Below are positions 24,698 through 35,281 of a DNA stretch of 64,000 bases, piece after piece. The notes beneath the pieces were generated by a model that worked only from the letters and a program-made list of their open reading frames with translations, had not been told where the DNA came from and ran no database searches. Source of the DNA: an uncultured Candidatus Rokubacteria bacterium. GTDB taxonomy: Bacteria; Methylomirabilota; Methylomirabilia; Rokubacteriales; CSP1-6. Numbering within the stretch: position 1 is the stretch's first letter; each line of letters starts with the position of its first letter. The translations under genes were made by a program, and so were the position numbers. The stretch covers positions 480,001-544,000 of the forward strand of contig CAVXJS010000011.1 in assembly GCA_963762145.1 (NCBI GenBank), given 5' to 3'.

Positions 24698-25938
24698 TGA
24701 CGGAGGCCGCGCCGGCCGCCATCGTCCACTACCACGAGATCAGCCTCAAGCGGGGCAACCGGCCGCTCTTCCTCCGCCAGCTCCACCAGAACCTGCTGCG
24801 CGCGATCGGCGACCTCGGACCGGTGGAGCTGGTCCAGCTGTCCGGCCGCGTGATGCTCGATCTCTCGCGGCACCCCGCGCCGCGGCTCCTGCCCGAGCGG
24901 CTGGCGCGGGTCGCGGGCGTGGCGAACTTCGCCCTCGCGATCCGGACCGGGGTATCGCGCGAGGCGCTGCGGGCCGCGGTGGAGGAGGCGATCGCGGGCC
25001 GCGTCTTCGGCTCCTTCCGGATCACCGCCCGCCGCGCGTTCAAGACCTTCCCGATGACATCGGTGGAGCTCAACCGCGACCTGGGTGCCCACGTGCTCGC
25101 GCTGCGGCCCGAGGTCCGGGTGAGCCTCGAGCATCCGGACCTGAACGTGCGCGTCGAGGTGCTGCCGGACGAGGCCTTCGTTTACTGCGACCCGCAGCCC
25201 GGCGCGGGCGGGCTGCCGGTGGGCACGGGCGGGACGGTGGCGGCCCTGCTCTCGGGCGGCATCGACTCGCCGGTGGCCGCGTGGCGCCTCATGCGGCGCG
25301 GCTGCCGCGTGGTCTTCGTGCACTTCCACAGCGCGCCGTACCTGCCGGATCTCTCGCGCGGCAAGGCCCGCGAGCTCGTGACGCGGCTGACCCAGTGGCA
25401 GTACCACTCGCGGCTGTTCATCGTGCCCTTCGGCGAGATCCAGCGCGAAGTCGTGCTGTCGGTGCCGCCGCCGTTCCGCGTCGTGGTGTACCGCCGGCTG
25501 ATGGTGCGCATCGCGGAGCGGCTGGCCCGTCACGCGGGCGCGCTCGCGCTCGTCACCGGGGAGAGCCTGGGGCAGGTGGCGTCGCAGACGCTGCACAACC
25601 TCATCCGCATCGACGAGGTGGCCGCGATGCCGATCCTGCGGCCCCTCATCGGCATGGACAAGCTCGAGATCACCGGGCAGGCCCAGGCGCTCGGCACCTA
25701 CGAGATCTCCATCGAGCCGGACGCCGACTGCTGCACCCTCTTCACGCCGCGCCATCCCGCCACCCGGATGGAAGCGGACGCGGTCGCGGCGCTGGAAGCG
25801 CGCCTGGACCTGGAGCGGCTCGTGACCCAGGGCGTGGAGGCCGCCGAGCAGGAGCTCTTCGAGTTCCCCGCCGGGGCCGGCCCGTACCCGCCGCGCGGTG
25901 CGGCCCGCCGGCCCTTGACGGAGCCCGTCTCCGAGTGA
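24697..25938 (+). CDS. thiI: tRNA 4-thiouridine synthase ThiI
   Basis: YHEISLKRGNR, THUMP domain, SGGIDSPVAA PP-loop, GESLGQVASQT, DCC. Confidence 0.96.
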   Translation: MTEAAPAAIVHYHEISLKRGNRPLFLRQLHQNLLRAIGDLGPVELVQLSGRVMLDLSRHPAPRLLPERLARVAGVANFALAIRTGVSREALRAAVEEAIAGRVFGSFRITARRAFKTFPMTSVELNRDLGAHVLALRPEVRVSLEHPDLNVRVEVLPDEAFVYCDPQPGAGGLPVGTGGTVAALLSGGIDSPVAAWRLMRRGCRVVFVHFHSAPYLPDLSRGKARELVTRLTQWQYHSRLFIVPFGEIQREVVLSVPPPFRVVVYRRLMVRIAERLARHAGALALVTGESLGQVASQTLHNLIRIDEVAAMPILRPLIGMDKLEITGQAQALGTYEISIEPDADCCTLFTPRHPATRMEADAVAALEARLDLERLVTQGVEAAEQELFEFPAGAGPYPPRGAARRPLTEPVSE

Positions 25939-25956
25939 TCCCCGCGTGATCTCGAC

Positions 25957-27344
25957 GTGAACCAGACGCTGACCTTTCTCGGAGGCGCGGGAGGCACGGT
26001 CACCGGGTCCAAGCACCTGCTCGAGAACGGAGCCGGCCGCGTCCTGCTCGACTGCGGCCTCTTCCAGGGCCTGAAGGCGCTGCGCCAGCGCAACTGGGCG
26101 GCGCCGCCGGTGGACCCGGGCACGCTCGGCGCGGTGATCCTGAGCCACGCCCACATCGATCACTCGGGCTACCTGCCGCGGCTCTGCCGCGACGGCTTCA
26201 CGGGGCCGGTCTACTGCACGCCGGGCACGTCCGATCTGCTTGAAGGTCATGCTGCCCGACGCGGCGCACCTCCAGGAGGAGGAAGCGGAGTTCGCCAACC
26301 GCCATCGCACCAGCAAGCACGACCCCGCGCTGCCGCTGTACACGATCGCGGACGCCGAGCGCGCGCTCGCCCAGGTGAAGCGGCGTGGACTTCGGCCGCC
26401 GGTTCACCGCCACGCGCGGAGTCGAGGCGCGCTTCACCCCGTCCGGGCACATCCTGGGCGCGGGTCTCGTCGACGTGCGAGACCGGCGGCCGCCGGCTCG
26501 TCTTCTCCGGCGATCTCGGCCGCTACGACGTGCCGATCATGGTGGATCCCGAGCCGGTCGCCGAGGCCGACGTGCTGCTGGTGGAGTCCACCTACGGCAA
26601 CCGCGTGCATCCGCCCGACGATCCGGGCGACCGGCTCGACCGCGGCGGTGCGCCGCGCCGCCGACCAGAAGGGCTGGCTGCTGATCCCGGCGTTCGCGGT
26701 CGGGCGCTCCCAGGAGATCCTCTACGACCTGCGCCGGCTCGAGGCGGGCGGCCGGATCCCGAGCCTGCCCGATCTACCTGGACAGCCCGATGGCGATCCA
26801 GGCGACGGTGATCTACGCGGCGCATCCCGAGGAGCACGATGCGGCGCTGCGGCAGGCCGGCAGCGGCGGCGCGCGGCCCTTCGCCCCGCGCCGCTTCCAT
26901 CTCTCGCAGACGGTGGACGAGTCGAAGCGCCTCAACGAGACCGCGGGCCCCGGCATCATCGTGGCGGGCAGCGGCATGGCGACCGGCGGCCGCATCCTCC
27001 ACCACCTCAAGCGTCTGCTGCCGGATCCGAAGACCACGGTGCTCTTCGTCGGCTACCAGGCGGCGGGCACGCGGGGCCGGCTGCTCAGGGACGGCGCGGC
27101 CGAGATCCGGATGCTCGGCACGGTGGTCCCGGTCCGCGCCGCGATCATGGTGAGCGACGCCTACTCCGCCCACGCCGATCGCGAGGAGATCCTGCGCTGG
27201 CTCGGCGGGTTCGAGCGCCCCCCCGGCATGACCTATGTCGTGCACGGCGAGGCGGGCGCGGCGGAGGCGCTGCGGGACGCGATCGTGCGCCGTCTCGGCT
27301 GGAACACGGCCGTCGCCCGGGATGGCCAGCGCGTGGCGCTCTGA
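25957..27344 (+). CDS. MBL-fold beta-CASP RNA-processing hydrolase; several frameshifts
   Basis: [40 protein letters not shown] and VVHGE motifs. Confidence 0.92.
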
Positions 27345-28724
27345 GCGAGCACCGGCCGTCCTGGGCGTACCGCGCGGTCCGGGCGCTGGCCCGGCTCCTG
27401 GCCGCCATCTTCTATCACCGGGTGGACGTGATCGGCGCCGAGCGCATCCCGCGCTCGGGTCCGCTCATCGTGGCCGCCAACCACCACAACGCCCTCGTGG
27501 ACGGCGTGCTGCTGCTGGCCATGGTGCCCCGTCGCCTGGTGTCGGTGGCCAAGGCGCCGCTCTTCTCCAATCCGCTGATCGGGCCGTTCCTCCGGCTGAT
27601 CGGCGCGCTGCCGGTTCATCGCCGGCAGGACGGCGGCAGGCGACCCGGGGCGGAACGACCGGCTCTTCGCGGCCTCCACCGCCACGCTCGGTCGCGGCGA
27701 CGCGATCCTGATCTTTCCCGAGGGCGTGAGCCAGCCCGAGCCGACACTGATGCCGCTGCGCACCGGCGCGGCCCGCATGCTGCTGGCTGCCGAGGCGGAT
27801 GCGGTCGGGCCGGTGACGCTCCTGCCGGTGGGGCTCATGTTCCACGAGCCGGGCACGTTCCGCGCGGGCTGGGCCCTGATCGCGGTGGGCGAGCCGGTGG
27901 AGACCGCGGACCTCGTGGCGCTCGCGCGGACCGAGCCCGAGGAAGCGGCGCGCCGGCTCACCGCCCGCCTCGGCGAGGCGCTGCGCGGTCTCCTCGCGGA
28001 GGTGGACGATCGCGAGACGCTCCGCCTGGTCGAGCACGCGGAGCGGCTCTGGCGCCAGGAGCGGGGCGGGGGCGCGCCGCGCGACGCGGCCGCGAGCGCC
28101 GACTGGCGCCGCCGCGCCACGCGCGCCTATCGCTATCTCATCCAGCGCGACCCGGCCGGGCTCGAGATCCTCCGGGGGCTGGTGGAGCGCTACGTCAAGG
28201 ACGTGGAGGCCGCCTCGCTCGGCACCGCGGTCGGATTGAGGGCGCCCGGCGCGCGGGTGGTGCTGCCCTATGCGATGCGCCAGTTCGCGATCCTGCTGGG
28301 CGGCCTGCCGCTCGCGCTCTGGGGCCTGGCCACCCACGCGGTGCCGTACTGGCTCACGTGGGCGGCCGCGAAGCTGGTCCGGCCCGAGCCGGACGTGGAG
28401 GCCACCTACAAGCTCGCGGCGGGCGTCGTCATCTTTCCGCTCGCGTGGATCGTGGAAGGGTGGCTGCTCTGGCGCTGGGTCGGGGGCTGGCTGCTCGTGC
28501 TCTTCGCGGTCCTGGTCATCCCTGGCGGCTTCTTCGCGCTCGCGTGGGGCGAGCGGCTGCGCCGCCTCTATCGCGAGGGCCGCGCGCTGCTCCGCCTCCT
28601 GGTGGACGGGGATCTCGGGCGCCACCTGGGCGAGCGCCGGCGGGCCATCCTGGACGAGATGGACCGGGCGGTGGCGCGCGTGCCCGAGTCGGTGCTGGCC
28701 GGCCGCGAGGAGCCGCGCGGATGA
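27341..28724 (+). CDS. PlsC-like phospholipid/glycerol acyltransferase with C-terminal membrane domain; frameshift near 27640
   Basis: NHHNALVD (HX4D), VAKAPLF, IFPEG and GAARM motifs. Confidence 0.88.
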
Positions 28725-29953
28725 ACGTGCGCGCGATCGTGGCCTGGACGCTCTACGACTTCGCGAACTCCGCGTTCGCGGCGGTGATCTTCGCCACGAT
28801 CTATGCCGCGTACTACGCCATCGGGGTGGTCGGCAACGAGGGCGGGGCGGGAGATCTCTGGTGGGGACGCGTGGTCTCCGTCTCCATGGGGCTGGTGGCG
28901 CTGACGTCGCCCTTCCTGGGGGGCGTGGCCGATCGCGCGGGCATCCGTCGGCCGCTCTTCATCGGCTTCACGACCGCCGGGGTGATCGCCACCGCGCTCA
29001 TGACCACGGTGGAGCCCGGCATGGTGGTCTGGGGCTTCGTGCTCGGCGTGATCGGCAACTTCGCCTACGAGAGCGCGCTCGTCTACTACAACGCCTATCT
29101 CCCCGATCTGGCCCCGCCCAGCCATCAGGGCCGCGTGTCGGGGTGGGGCTTCGCGGTGGGCTACGCGGGCTCGATCGCGGCCCTGCTGGCCGCGCTGCCC
29201 TTCGTGAGCGCCCGCAACTACCAGGGCGCGTTCCTCGCCACCGCGGCGCTCTACGCGATCTTCTCGCTCCCGGCCTTCTTCATGCTCCCGGCCGCGCCGA
29301 GCGGGCGGGTGCCGGTGCTCCGGGCCGCCCGCGAGGGCGCCGCGCAGGTGGTGGCCACCGCGCGCCGGATCCTGGCCCTGCCCGACCTACGGCGCTTCCT
29401 GGGCGCCTACTTCATCTACGAGGACGGGGTGAACACCGTCATCGCCTTTTCCGGCATTTTCGCGGCCCAGACGCTCGGCTTCCCGATGGAGCGGCTGATC
29501 GCGCTCTACATCGTGGTGCAGATCTCGGCCCTCATCGGCGCGCTGGCCTGGGCGCGGCCGACCGACATCATGGGCCCGCGCCGGGTGGTGATGATCACCC
29601 TCTGCCAGTGGTCGGCCGTCGTGGTCGCCGCCTACTTCGTCGAGACCCAGACCCAGTTCTGGGTGCTGGCGGTGGTGGCGGGCACCGGGCTCGGGGCGGT
29701 GCAGGCGGCCAGCCGCGCGTTCCTGGCCCGCCTGGCGCCCCCCGGCATGCAGGCCGAGCTGTTCGGCTTCTACTCGCTCTGCGGCAAGAGCGCCGCGGTC
29801 ATGGGCCCGCTCGTCTTCGGCGGCATCTCCCACGCGGCGGGCGGCAACCAGCGGGCCGGCATCCTCGCCATCGGGTCCTTCTTCGTGGTCGGGCTGGCGC
29901 TCCTGTCACGGGTGAAGGCAGGCGGGAAAGCCCCACCGGTAGCGTCGTCTTGA
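28721..29953 (+). CDS. MFS transporter (UMF1/Atg22-like)
   Basis: '[11 protein letters not shown]', '[11 protein letters not shown]', 'GRVSGWG'; about 12 hydrophobic segments. Confidence 0.9.
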   Translation: MNVRAIVAWTLYDFANSAFAAVIFATIYAAYYAIGVVGNEGGAGDLWWGRVVSVSMGLVALTSPFLGGVADRAGIRRPLFIGFTTAGVIATALMTTVEPGMVVWGFVLGVIGNFAYESALVYYNAYLPDLAPPSHQGRVSGWGFAVGYAGSIAALLAALPFVSARNYQGAFLATAALYAIFSLPAFFMLPAAPSGRVPVLRAAREGAAQVVATARRILALPDLRRFLGAYFIYEDGVNTVIAFSGIFAAQTLGFPMERLIALYIVVQISALIGALAWARPTDIMGPRRVVMITLCQWSAVVVAAYFVETQTQFWVLAVVAGTGLGAVQAASRAFLARLAPPGMQAELFGFYSLCGKSAAVMGPLVFGGISHAAGGNQRAGILAIGSFFVVGLALLSRVKAGGKAPPVASS

Positions 29954-29979
29954 CACTCAACCCCGACGGAGCGTAAGGT
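29950..29979 (+). promoter_or_regulatory. Sigma70-type promoter for rpiB-glyA-nrdR, probably leaderless
   Basis: TTGACA (29950-29955), 18 bp, TAAGGT (29974-29979); GTG 6 nt downstream. Confidence 0.65.
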
Positions 29980-29985
29980 TGGCCC

Positions 29986-30450
29986 GTGGTTTCCACCATA
30001 GCGCTCGGGGCCGACCATGCCGGGTATGAGCTAAAGGAAGCCCTCAAGGGCTGGCTCATAAACCACGGCTTCCAGGTGCTCGACCTCGGTACCCACTCGA
30101 CGGAGTCGGTGGACTACCCCGATTACGCGGCCCTGGTGGGCGAGTCCGTGGTCGATCACAAGGTCGAGCGCGGCCTCCTGGTCTGTGGCACCGGGATCGG
30201 CATGAGCGTGGCCGCCAATAAGGTGCCGGGTGTCCGCGCCGCCCTCTGCGGGGATCTCTACACCGCGCGGATGAGCCGCGAGCACAACGATGCCAACGTG
30301 CTCGTGCTGGGCGGCCGCTTGATGGGCGCGGACATGGCCGCGGACATCCTCCAGGCGTGGCTCGAGACGGACTTCGCGGCTGGCCGCCACGCGCGCCGGG
30401 TCGAGAAGATCGCCGACATCGAGCGGCGCCACCCGGAGGGACGCCCGTGA
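29986..30450 (+). CDS. rpiB: Ribose 5-phosphate isomerase B
   Basis: [39 protein letters not shown]. Confidence 0.97.
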   Translation: MVSTIALGADHAGYELKEALKGWLINHGFQVLDLGTHSTESVDYPDYAALVGESVVDHKVERGLLVCGTGIGMSVAANKVPGVRAALCGDLYTARMSREHNDANVLVLGGRLMGADMAADILQAWLETDFAAGRHARRVEKIADIERRHPEGRP

Positions 30451-31694
30451 GCCATCTCGAGCAGGTGGACCCGGAGATCGCCAAGGCCATCCGGGCCGAG
30501 ACCGAGCGGCAGTCGCGGAACCTGGAGCTGATCGCGTCCGAGAACTTCGTCTCCGAGGCGGTGCTGGAGGCGGTGGGCTCGGTGATGACGAACAAGTACG
30601 CCGAGGGCTACCCGGGCAAGCGCTACTACGGCGGGTGCGAGGTCGTGGACATCGCCGAGAACCTGGCGATCGCCCGCGCCAAGGAGCTCTTCGGGGCGGA
30701 GCACGTGAACGTGCAGCCGCACTCGGGATCCCAGGCCAACATGGCGGTCTACTTCGCCCTGCTCAAGCCGGGTGACACGGTGCTGGGCCCGAACCTGGCG
30801 CACGGCGGGCATCTGACCGCCGGGAGCCCTATGAACTTCTCCGGGCGCCTTTACAACATCGTGCCCTACGGGGTCACCAAGGACACCGAGCGCATCGACA
30901 TGGACCAGGTGCGTGACCTGGCCCGCCAGCACCGGCCGAAGCTCATCATCGCGGGGGGCTCCGCGTTTCCGCGCGCCATCGAGTTCAAGCCCTTCCGCGA
31001 GATCGCCGACGAGGTCGACGCCCGGCTGATGGCCGACATCGCGCATCCGGCGGGTCTGGTCGCGGCGGGGCTGCACCCCTCGCCGGTGCCGTTCGCCGAC
31101 TTCGTCACGACCACCACCCACAAGACCCTGCGAGGTCCCCGGGGCGGCATGGTGATGTGCCGGGCTCAGTACGCGAAGGACCTCGACCGCACCGTGCTGC
31201 CCGGCATCCAGGGCGGGCCGCTGATGCACGTGATCGCGGCGAAGGCGGTGGCCTTCCGCGAGGCCCAGACCCAGGAGTGGCGGGCGTACCAGGCGCAGAT
31301 CGTGAAGAACGCCCGCGCGTTCGCCGAGGCGATGCTGGCGCGCGGCTTCCGGCTGGTCTCGGGCGGCACCGACACGCACCTGCTCCTGGTGGACCTCACG
31401 TCCCGCAACGTCACCGGCAAGGACGCGCAGGAGATGCTCGATCGCGCGTGGATCACGGTCAACAAGAACGGGATTCCCTTCGACACCAAGGGGCCCATGA
31501 TCACGAGCGGTATCCGGATCGGCACGCCTGCGGTGACCACCCGCGGCATGAAGGAGCCCGAGATGGCCCGGATCGCGGAGCTGATCGACCGCGTGCTCTC
31601 GCGTCCCGGCGACGGCGGGACCGAAGCCGCGGTGCGGAGCCAGGTGCAGGAGCTGACCGCGCAGTTCCCGCTCTACCCGGAGCGGCTCAGGTGA
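30447..31694 (+). CDS. glyA: Serine hydroxymethyltransferase
   Basis: [34 protein letters not shown]. Confidence 0.99.
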   Translation: MSHLEQVDPEIAKAIRAETERQSRNLELIASENFVSEAVLEAVGSVMTNKYAEGYPGKRYYGGCEVVDIAENLAIARAKELFGAEHVNVQPHSGSQANMAVYFALLKPGDTVLGPNLAHGGHLTAGSPMNFSGRLYNIVPYGVTKDTERIDMDQVRDLARQHRPKLIIAGGSAFPRAIEFKPFREIADEVDARLMADIAHPAGLVAAGLHPSPVPFADFVTTTTHKTLRGPRGGMVMCRAQYAKDLDRTVLPGIQGGPLMHVIAAKAVAFREAQTQEWRAYQAQIVKNARAFAEAMLARGFRLVSGGTDTHLLLVDLTSRNVTGKDAQEMLDRAWITVNKNGIPFDTKGPMITSGIRIGTPAVTTRGMKEPEMARIAELIDRVLSRPGDGGTEAAVRSQVQELTAQFPLYPERLR

Positions 31695-32224
31695 AGTGCC
31701 CGTTCTGCGGCCACACCGAGGACCGCGTGGTGGACTCGCGCGTCGGCCGCGACGGGGAGTTCATCCGGCGGCGGCGCGCGTGCCTGAAGTGCAACCGCCG
31801 CTACACGACCTACGAGTACATCGAGGACGTCCTGCCCCACGTGGTCAAGCGCGACGGCCGCCGCGAGCCCTTCGACCGCCAGAAGCTGCGCGGCTCGATC
31901 CTCAAGTCCTGCGAGAAGCGCTCGGTGGGCGTCCAGGCGGTGGACGACGTGGTGGCGGACATCGAGGCCAAGCTGCACGACCGGGCCGAGAAGGAGATCA
32001 CGAGCCTCGAGCTGGGCGAGATCGTGATGGAGCATCTCCAGAAGCTGGACCAGGTGGCCTACGTGCGGTTCGCCTCGGTGTACCGCCAGTTCAAGGACAT
32101 CTCCCAGTTCATGGACGAGGTGAAGCACCTGATCAAGGACGACAAGCCGGCGAAGGTCGCTCCCAGCAAGCCGAAGGCCTCGCGCCAAGCGGTAGACCAC
32201 CCCTCACCCTGCCCTCTCCCCTGA
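31691..32224 (+). CDS. nrdR: Transcriptional repressor NrdR
   Basis: KCPFC...IRRRRAC..C..RYTTYE zinc ribbon, ATP-cone, [10 protein letters not shown]. Confidence 0.97.
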   Translation: MKCPFCGHTEDRVVDSRVGRDGEFIRRRRACLKCNRRYTTYEYIEDVLPHVVKRDGRREPFDRQKLRGSILKSCEKRSVGVQAVDDVVADIEAKLHDRAEKEITSLELGEIVMEHLQKLDQVAYVRFASVYRQFKDISQFMDEVKHLIKDDKPAKVAPSKPKASRQAVDHPSPCPLP

Positions 32225-32235
32225 GGGGAGAGGGG
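32200..32235. repeat. REP-like palindromic element (CCCTCACCC...CCCTCTCCC-loop-GGGAGAGGG)
   Basis: Inverted repeat; a related copy in opposite orientation lies at 38710-38744. Confidence 0.75.
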
Positions 32236-33124
32236 GATGAGGAGGGACGGCTCTTGTAGTTGTCAGCGCCACGCCCGCGATCACGCCGCAGGCGCCGATC
32301 CAGTGGTACCAGCGGATCGGCTCGCCCACCATCAGCCAGGACAGCCCCAGCACCAGGAACGGGATCAGGTTCGTGAACACCGCGGCGCGGCCCGGTCCGA
32401 CCGTGCGCACCGCCTGGTAGAACGCGATGTGCGCGGGCGTCCCCAGCAGGGAGCTGTAGAGCACGACCACCACCGCCACCCACGAGGCCCCGGCGAAGCT
32501 CTGCCAGGGCCGTTCCAGGAGGGCCAGCGGGAGCAGCAGGCCCGCCGCCACCACGTGGGCGCCCGCCAGCATCTGCAGCGGCGAGAAGGTGGACCGGTTG
32601 GCACGGGTGTAGAGCGTGTAGGTCACCCAGAGCATCTGGGAGATCAGGATGATCACGTCGCCCCGGTTCGCCGACAGCGTCCGGAGCACATCGAGTGACC
32701 CCCGTGCGATCGTGAGCACCACCGCCACCATCGTGAGCGCGATCCCGGTCAGGTTCAGGGCGGACAGGCGCTCGCGCAGCATCGCCGAAGCCGCGAGCGC
32801 CACCACCACCGGCGCCGCCGCCCCGAGGATCCCCGCGTTGGCGGGGGTGGTGAACATCATGCCGGTGTACCAGAGTGTGGAGTTGCCCACGAATCCGGTG
32901 ACCCCGAGCACGATCACCGCGGTCAGGTCGCGACGGGCGAGCGGCGGCAGCGGGCCCTCGAGGATGCGGGACGCGAGCATGAGCAGCGGCGCGGCGATGA
33001 GCGCGCGCAGGGCCGCGAGCGTGAGCGGTCCGAGCTCGGAGAGGCCGAGCTTGGCGAGCGGGAAGTTACCGGCCCAGATGAGGGCCACGACGAACAGGAG
33101 GAGGTAGGCGTCGCGGTGAGTCAC
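32204..33124 (-). CDS. DMT/EamA family transporter
   Basis: 'ALIWAGNF', 'LRERLS', '[14 protein letters not shown]', 'GEPI'; two EamA repeats. Confidence 0.93.
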   Translation of the reverse strand: MTHRDAYLLLFVVALIWAGNFPLAKLGLSELGPLTLAALRALIAAPLLMLASRILEGPLPPLARRDLTAVIVLGVTGFVGNSTLWYTGMMFTTPANAGILGAAAPVVVALAASAMLRERLSALNLTGIALTMVAVVLTIARGSLDVLRTLSANRGDVIILISQMLWVTYTLYTRANRSTFSPLQMLAGAHVVAAGLLLPLALLERPWQSFAGASWVAVVVVLYSSLLGTPAHIAFYQAVRTVGPGRAAVFTNLIPFLVLGLSWLMVGEPIRWYHWIGACGVIAGVALTTTRAVPPHPPLPSGERAG

Positions 33125-33135
33125 GGGAGATGGAA

Positions 33136-33166
33136 CGGCCCTGCCGGGATGGGGCCGACAGGGCCG
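33136..33166 (-). terminator. GC-rich hairpin downstream of the poly-Lys peptide gene (terminator/attenuator candidate; no strong U tract)
   Basis: 12-bp stem CGGCCCUGUCGG/CCGGCAGGGCCG with a 7-nt loop; fully paired (one G-U) only on the minus strand. Confidence 0.5.
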
Positions 33167-33184
33167 AGCGCCACGAGGGGCGCC

Positions 33185-33226
33185 TTACTTCTTCTTTTTC
33201 TTCTTCGCGGCCTTCTTCTTCGCCAT
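33185..33226 (-). CDS. 13-aa lysine-rich peptide MAKKKAAKKKKKK; absent from ORF track
   Basis: ATG...TAA by hand translation; [14 protein letters not shown]-like tract 4 nt upstream; dedicated promoter. Confidence 0.7.
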   Translation of the reverse strand: MAKKKAAKKKKKK

Positions 33227-33276
33227 CGTGTCACCCCCCTCCCGATCCCCGCGCGTCCGGCGGTCGATCTGTCCGG

Positions 33277-33305
33277 ACTCTAGGGGAGGGCCCAAAACGT
33301 GTCAA
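33277..33305 (-). promoter_or_regulatory. Near-consensus sigma70 promoter for the poly-Lys peptide
   Basis: TTGACA (33305-33300), 17 bp, TAGAGT (33282-33277). Confidence 0.75.
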
Positions 33306-33369
33306 GAGGAAAATACCCGATAGAGGGGTCGTAACGCACTGCAGCCCCCACATCTTGGGGGCGGGACGG

Positions 33370-34059
33370 CTAGGTCTTCTCGAGCTTCTCGTGGGCGGAG
33401 GACGGCTTGCGATGCTCGCGGCGCTTCACGTACTCCTGGTTGAGCGGCACGCCCTTCTTGCAGAGCGGGCAGGTGTCGACGCTGTAGGTGGGGAAGTCGC
33501 GGCTCACGAGGCTGAAGATCTCCTTGCCGTCGATCACCGCCTTCTTGGTGCGTCGCCACAGCGCGCCGATGCCGATCACCTGGCCGCCCAGCTCCTCCAC
33601 GAGCTGCGAGAGCAGCCGCACGGTGGTGCCCGAGCTCACCAGGTCTTCCACGATGAGCACCTTCGTCCCGGTGCGGATGAACCGCTGGAACTCGACGGGC
33701 AGACTCACGCGGCGCTTGCCCGCGCTGACGCCCTTGGTGCCGTAGGCCAGCGTCGGCCGGGAGGGATGCGCGCGGGCCACGCAGTGCGACAGGATCAGGG
33801 CGCCCGGCCCGGTGGAGAGCACGACGTCGATGGGCCACTGCGCGAAGTGCTTGGCGATGACCGCCCCGAGGCCCTCGGTGAAGGAGGCCTCGGTGGTGAC
33901 CAGGGTCTTCTCGATGTACTCGCTGGTGTGGTGGCCCGACGGCAGCAGCACGTGGTCGTTGGCGTGGTAGGCGCCGGTGCGCTTGAGGATCTCGAGATGG
34001 ATCTTCTCGCGTACCTCGGCGTCCATCTGGCTGTCGGATTGTCGCGGCGGCGGGGCCAT
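33370..34059 (-). CDS. Type I phosphoribosyltransferase, orotate PRTase (PyrE)-like
   Basis: 'HVLLPSGHHTSEY', PRPP motif VLIVEDLVSSGTT, C-terminal CPLCKKG; TTGACA-17-CATCCT upstream. Confidence 0.85.
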   Translation of the reverse strand: MAPPPRQSDSQMDAEVREKIHLEILKRTGAYHANDHVLLPSGHHTSEYIEKTLVTTEASFTEGLGAVIAKHFAQWPIDVVLSTGPGALILSHCVARAHPSRPTLAYGTKGVSAGKRRVSLPVEFQRFIRTGTKVLIVEDLVSSGTTVRLLSQLVEELGGQVIGIGALWRRTKKAVIDGKEIFSLVSRDFPTYSVDTCPLCKKGVPLNQEYVKRREHRKPSSAHEKLEKT

Positions 34060-34128
34060 CAGTCGCTCAAGGATGACGGCCGGGCCGCGGCGTGTCAACT
34101 CGAAAGTGGGCGTGCTAGACTGCCGCGC

Positions 34129-34812
34129 ATGAGGCTCCTGGCGCTCGAAACCGCCACGCTCGCGGGCGGGGCCGCGCTGATCGAGGAGGGGCGCCTCGTC
34201 GGCGAGAGCCGGCTCAACATCGCCCTCACGCACTCCGAGCGGCTCATGGCCGTCGTGGACCGCCTGCTCCAGGACTGCGGATGGGACGTGGCGAGCCTGG
34301 ACGCCCTCGCGGTGTCCATCGGCCCGGGCTCGTTCACCGGCCTCCGGGTCGGCGTGGCCACCGCCAAGGGGCTGGCCCTGGCGCTGGAGATCCCGGTGGC
34401 GCCGGTACCCACGCTCGACGCGCTCGCCGCCACGCTGCCCTTCGCGGACGCGGCGGTGTGCCCGCTGCTCGCGGCGCGGCGCGACGAGGTCTACGGCGCG
34501 CTCTACCGATGGAGCGGCTCGGCGATGGAGCGGCAGTGGGAGTACCTGGCGCTGCCGCCCGAGGCGGTGGCCGCCCGCCTCGAGGCGCCCGTGATCGTGC
34601 TGGGCGACGGGGTCGCGGCGTGTCGGCCGTTTCTCGCCCGGCTCGGTCCCGGGGTCCGCGAGGCCGATCCCGTGCATTCGCTGCCGTCGCCGGCGGCGGT
34701 GGGCGCGCTGGGCCACGCGATCCTCGTCGCGGGCGGCGGCATCCCGGCGGAGCAGCTGGCGCCGCTCTACCTGCGCCCCTCCGAGGCCGAGCTGAGGGCG
34801 CGTCATGCGTGA
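34129..34812 (+). CDS. tsaB: tRNA threonylcarbamoyladenosine biosynthesis protein TsaB
   Basis: LLALETAT, HSERLM, GPGSFTGLRVG and PLYLR motifs. Confidence 0.96.
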   Translation: MRLLALETATLAGGAALIEEGRLVGESRLNIALTHSERLMAVVDRLLQDCGWDVASLDALAVSIGPGSFTGLRVGVATAKGLALALEIPVAPVPTLDALAATLPFADAAVCPLLAARRDEVYGALYRWSGSAMERQWEYLALPPEAVAARLEAPVIVLGDGVAACRPFLARLGPGVREADPVHSLPSPAAVGALGHAILVAGGGIPAEQLAPLYLRPSEAELRARHA

Positions 34813-35281
34813 GGCGCCGCCCGCGGACGTGACGCTCGAGCCGATGACGCTCGAGGACCTGGACGACGTCCTGGTGATCGAGCGCGCGTCGTTCCAGACT
34901 CCGTGGTCCCGCGGCGCGTTCCGCTACGAGCTGACCCAGAATCGCGTCGCGCGGTGCTCGGTGGCCCGCTGGCAGGGCCGGCTCGTCGGCTATCTCTGCC
35001 TCTGGGAGATCGGCCACGAGATCCACGTCACCAACCTGGCCACGCACCCCGACGTGCGCCGCCACGGCGTGGCGCGCGCGCTGCTGGGCGCGGTGCTCGA
35101 CGACGCGCGGGAGCGCGCGGTGACCCTGGCCTTCCTCGAGGTGCGCCCCACCAACTCGGAGGCCCTCGGGCTCTACGAGCGCTTCGGCTTCCGGGTGATC
35201 GGCCGCCGCAAGGGCTACTACTTCGACACCGGCGAGGACGCCCTGGTGATGGAGGCCCGCCTGAGCGGGGAGGTGCTCTGA
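34805..35281 (+). CDS. rimI: Ribosomal protein S18 alanine N-acetyltransferase
   Basis: IERASF.TPWS, LEVRPTN..A.GLYE.FGF...GRRKGYY..EDALVM. Confidence 0.94.
   Translation: MREAPPADVTLEPMTLEDLDDVLVIERASFQTPWSRGAFRYELTQNRVARCSVARWQGRLVGYLCLWEIGHEIHVTNLATHPDVRRHGVARALLGAVLDDARERAVTLAFLEVRPTNSEALGLYERFGFRVIGRRKGYYFDTGEDALVMEARLSGEVL

Noticed and set aside
26240-29953. 1237-aa ORF as an MBL-acyltransferase-MFS fusion
   Set aside because: A stop-free frame threading through three separate genes, each with its own overlap-type start; large parts are off-frame.
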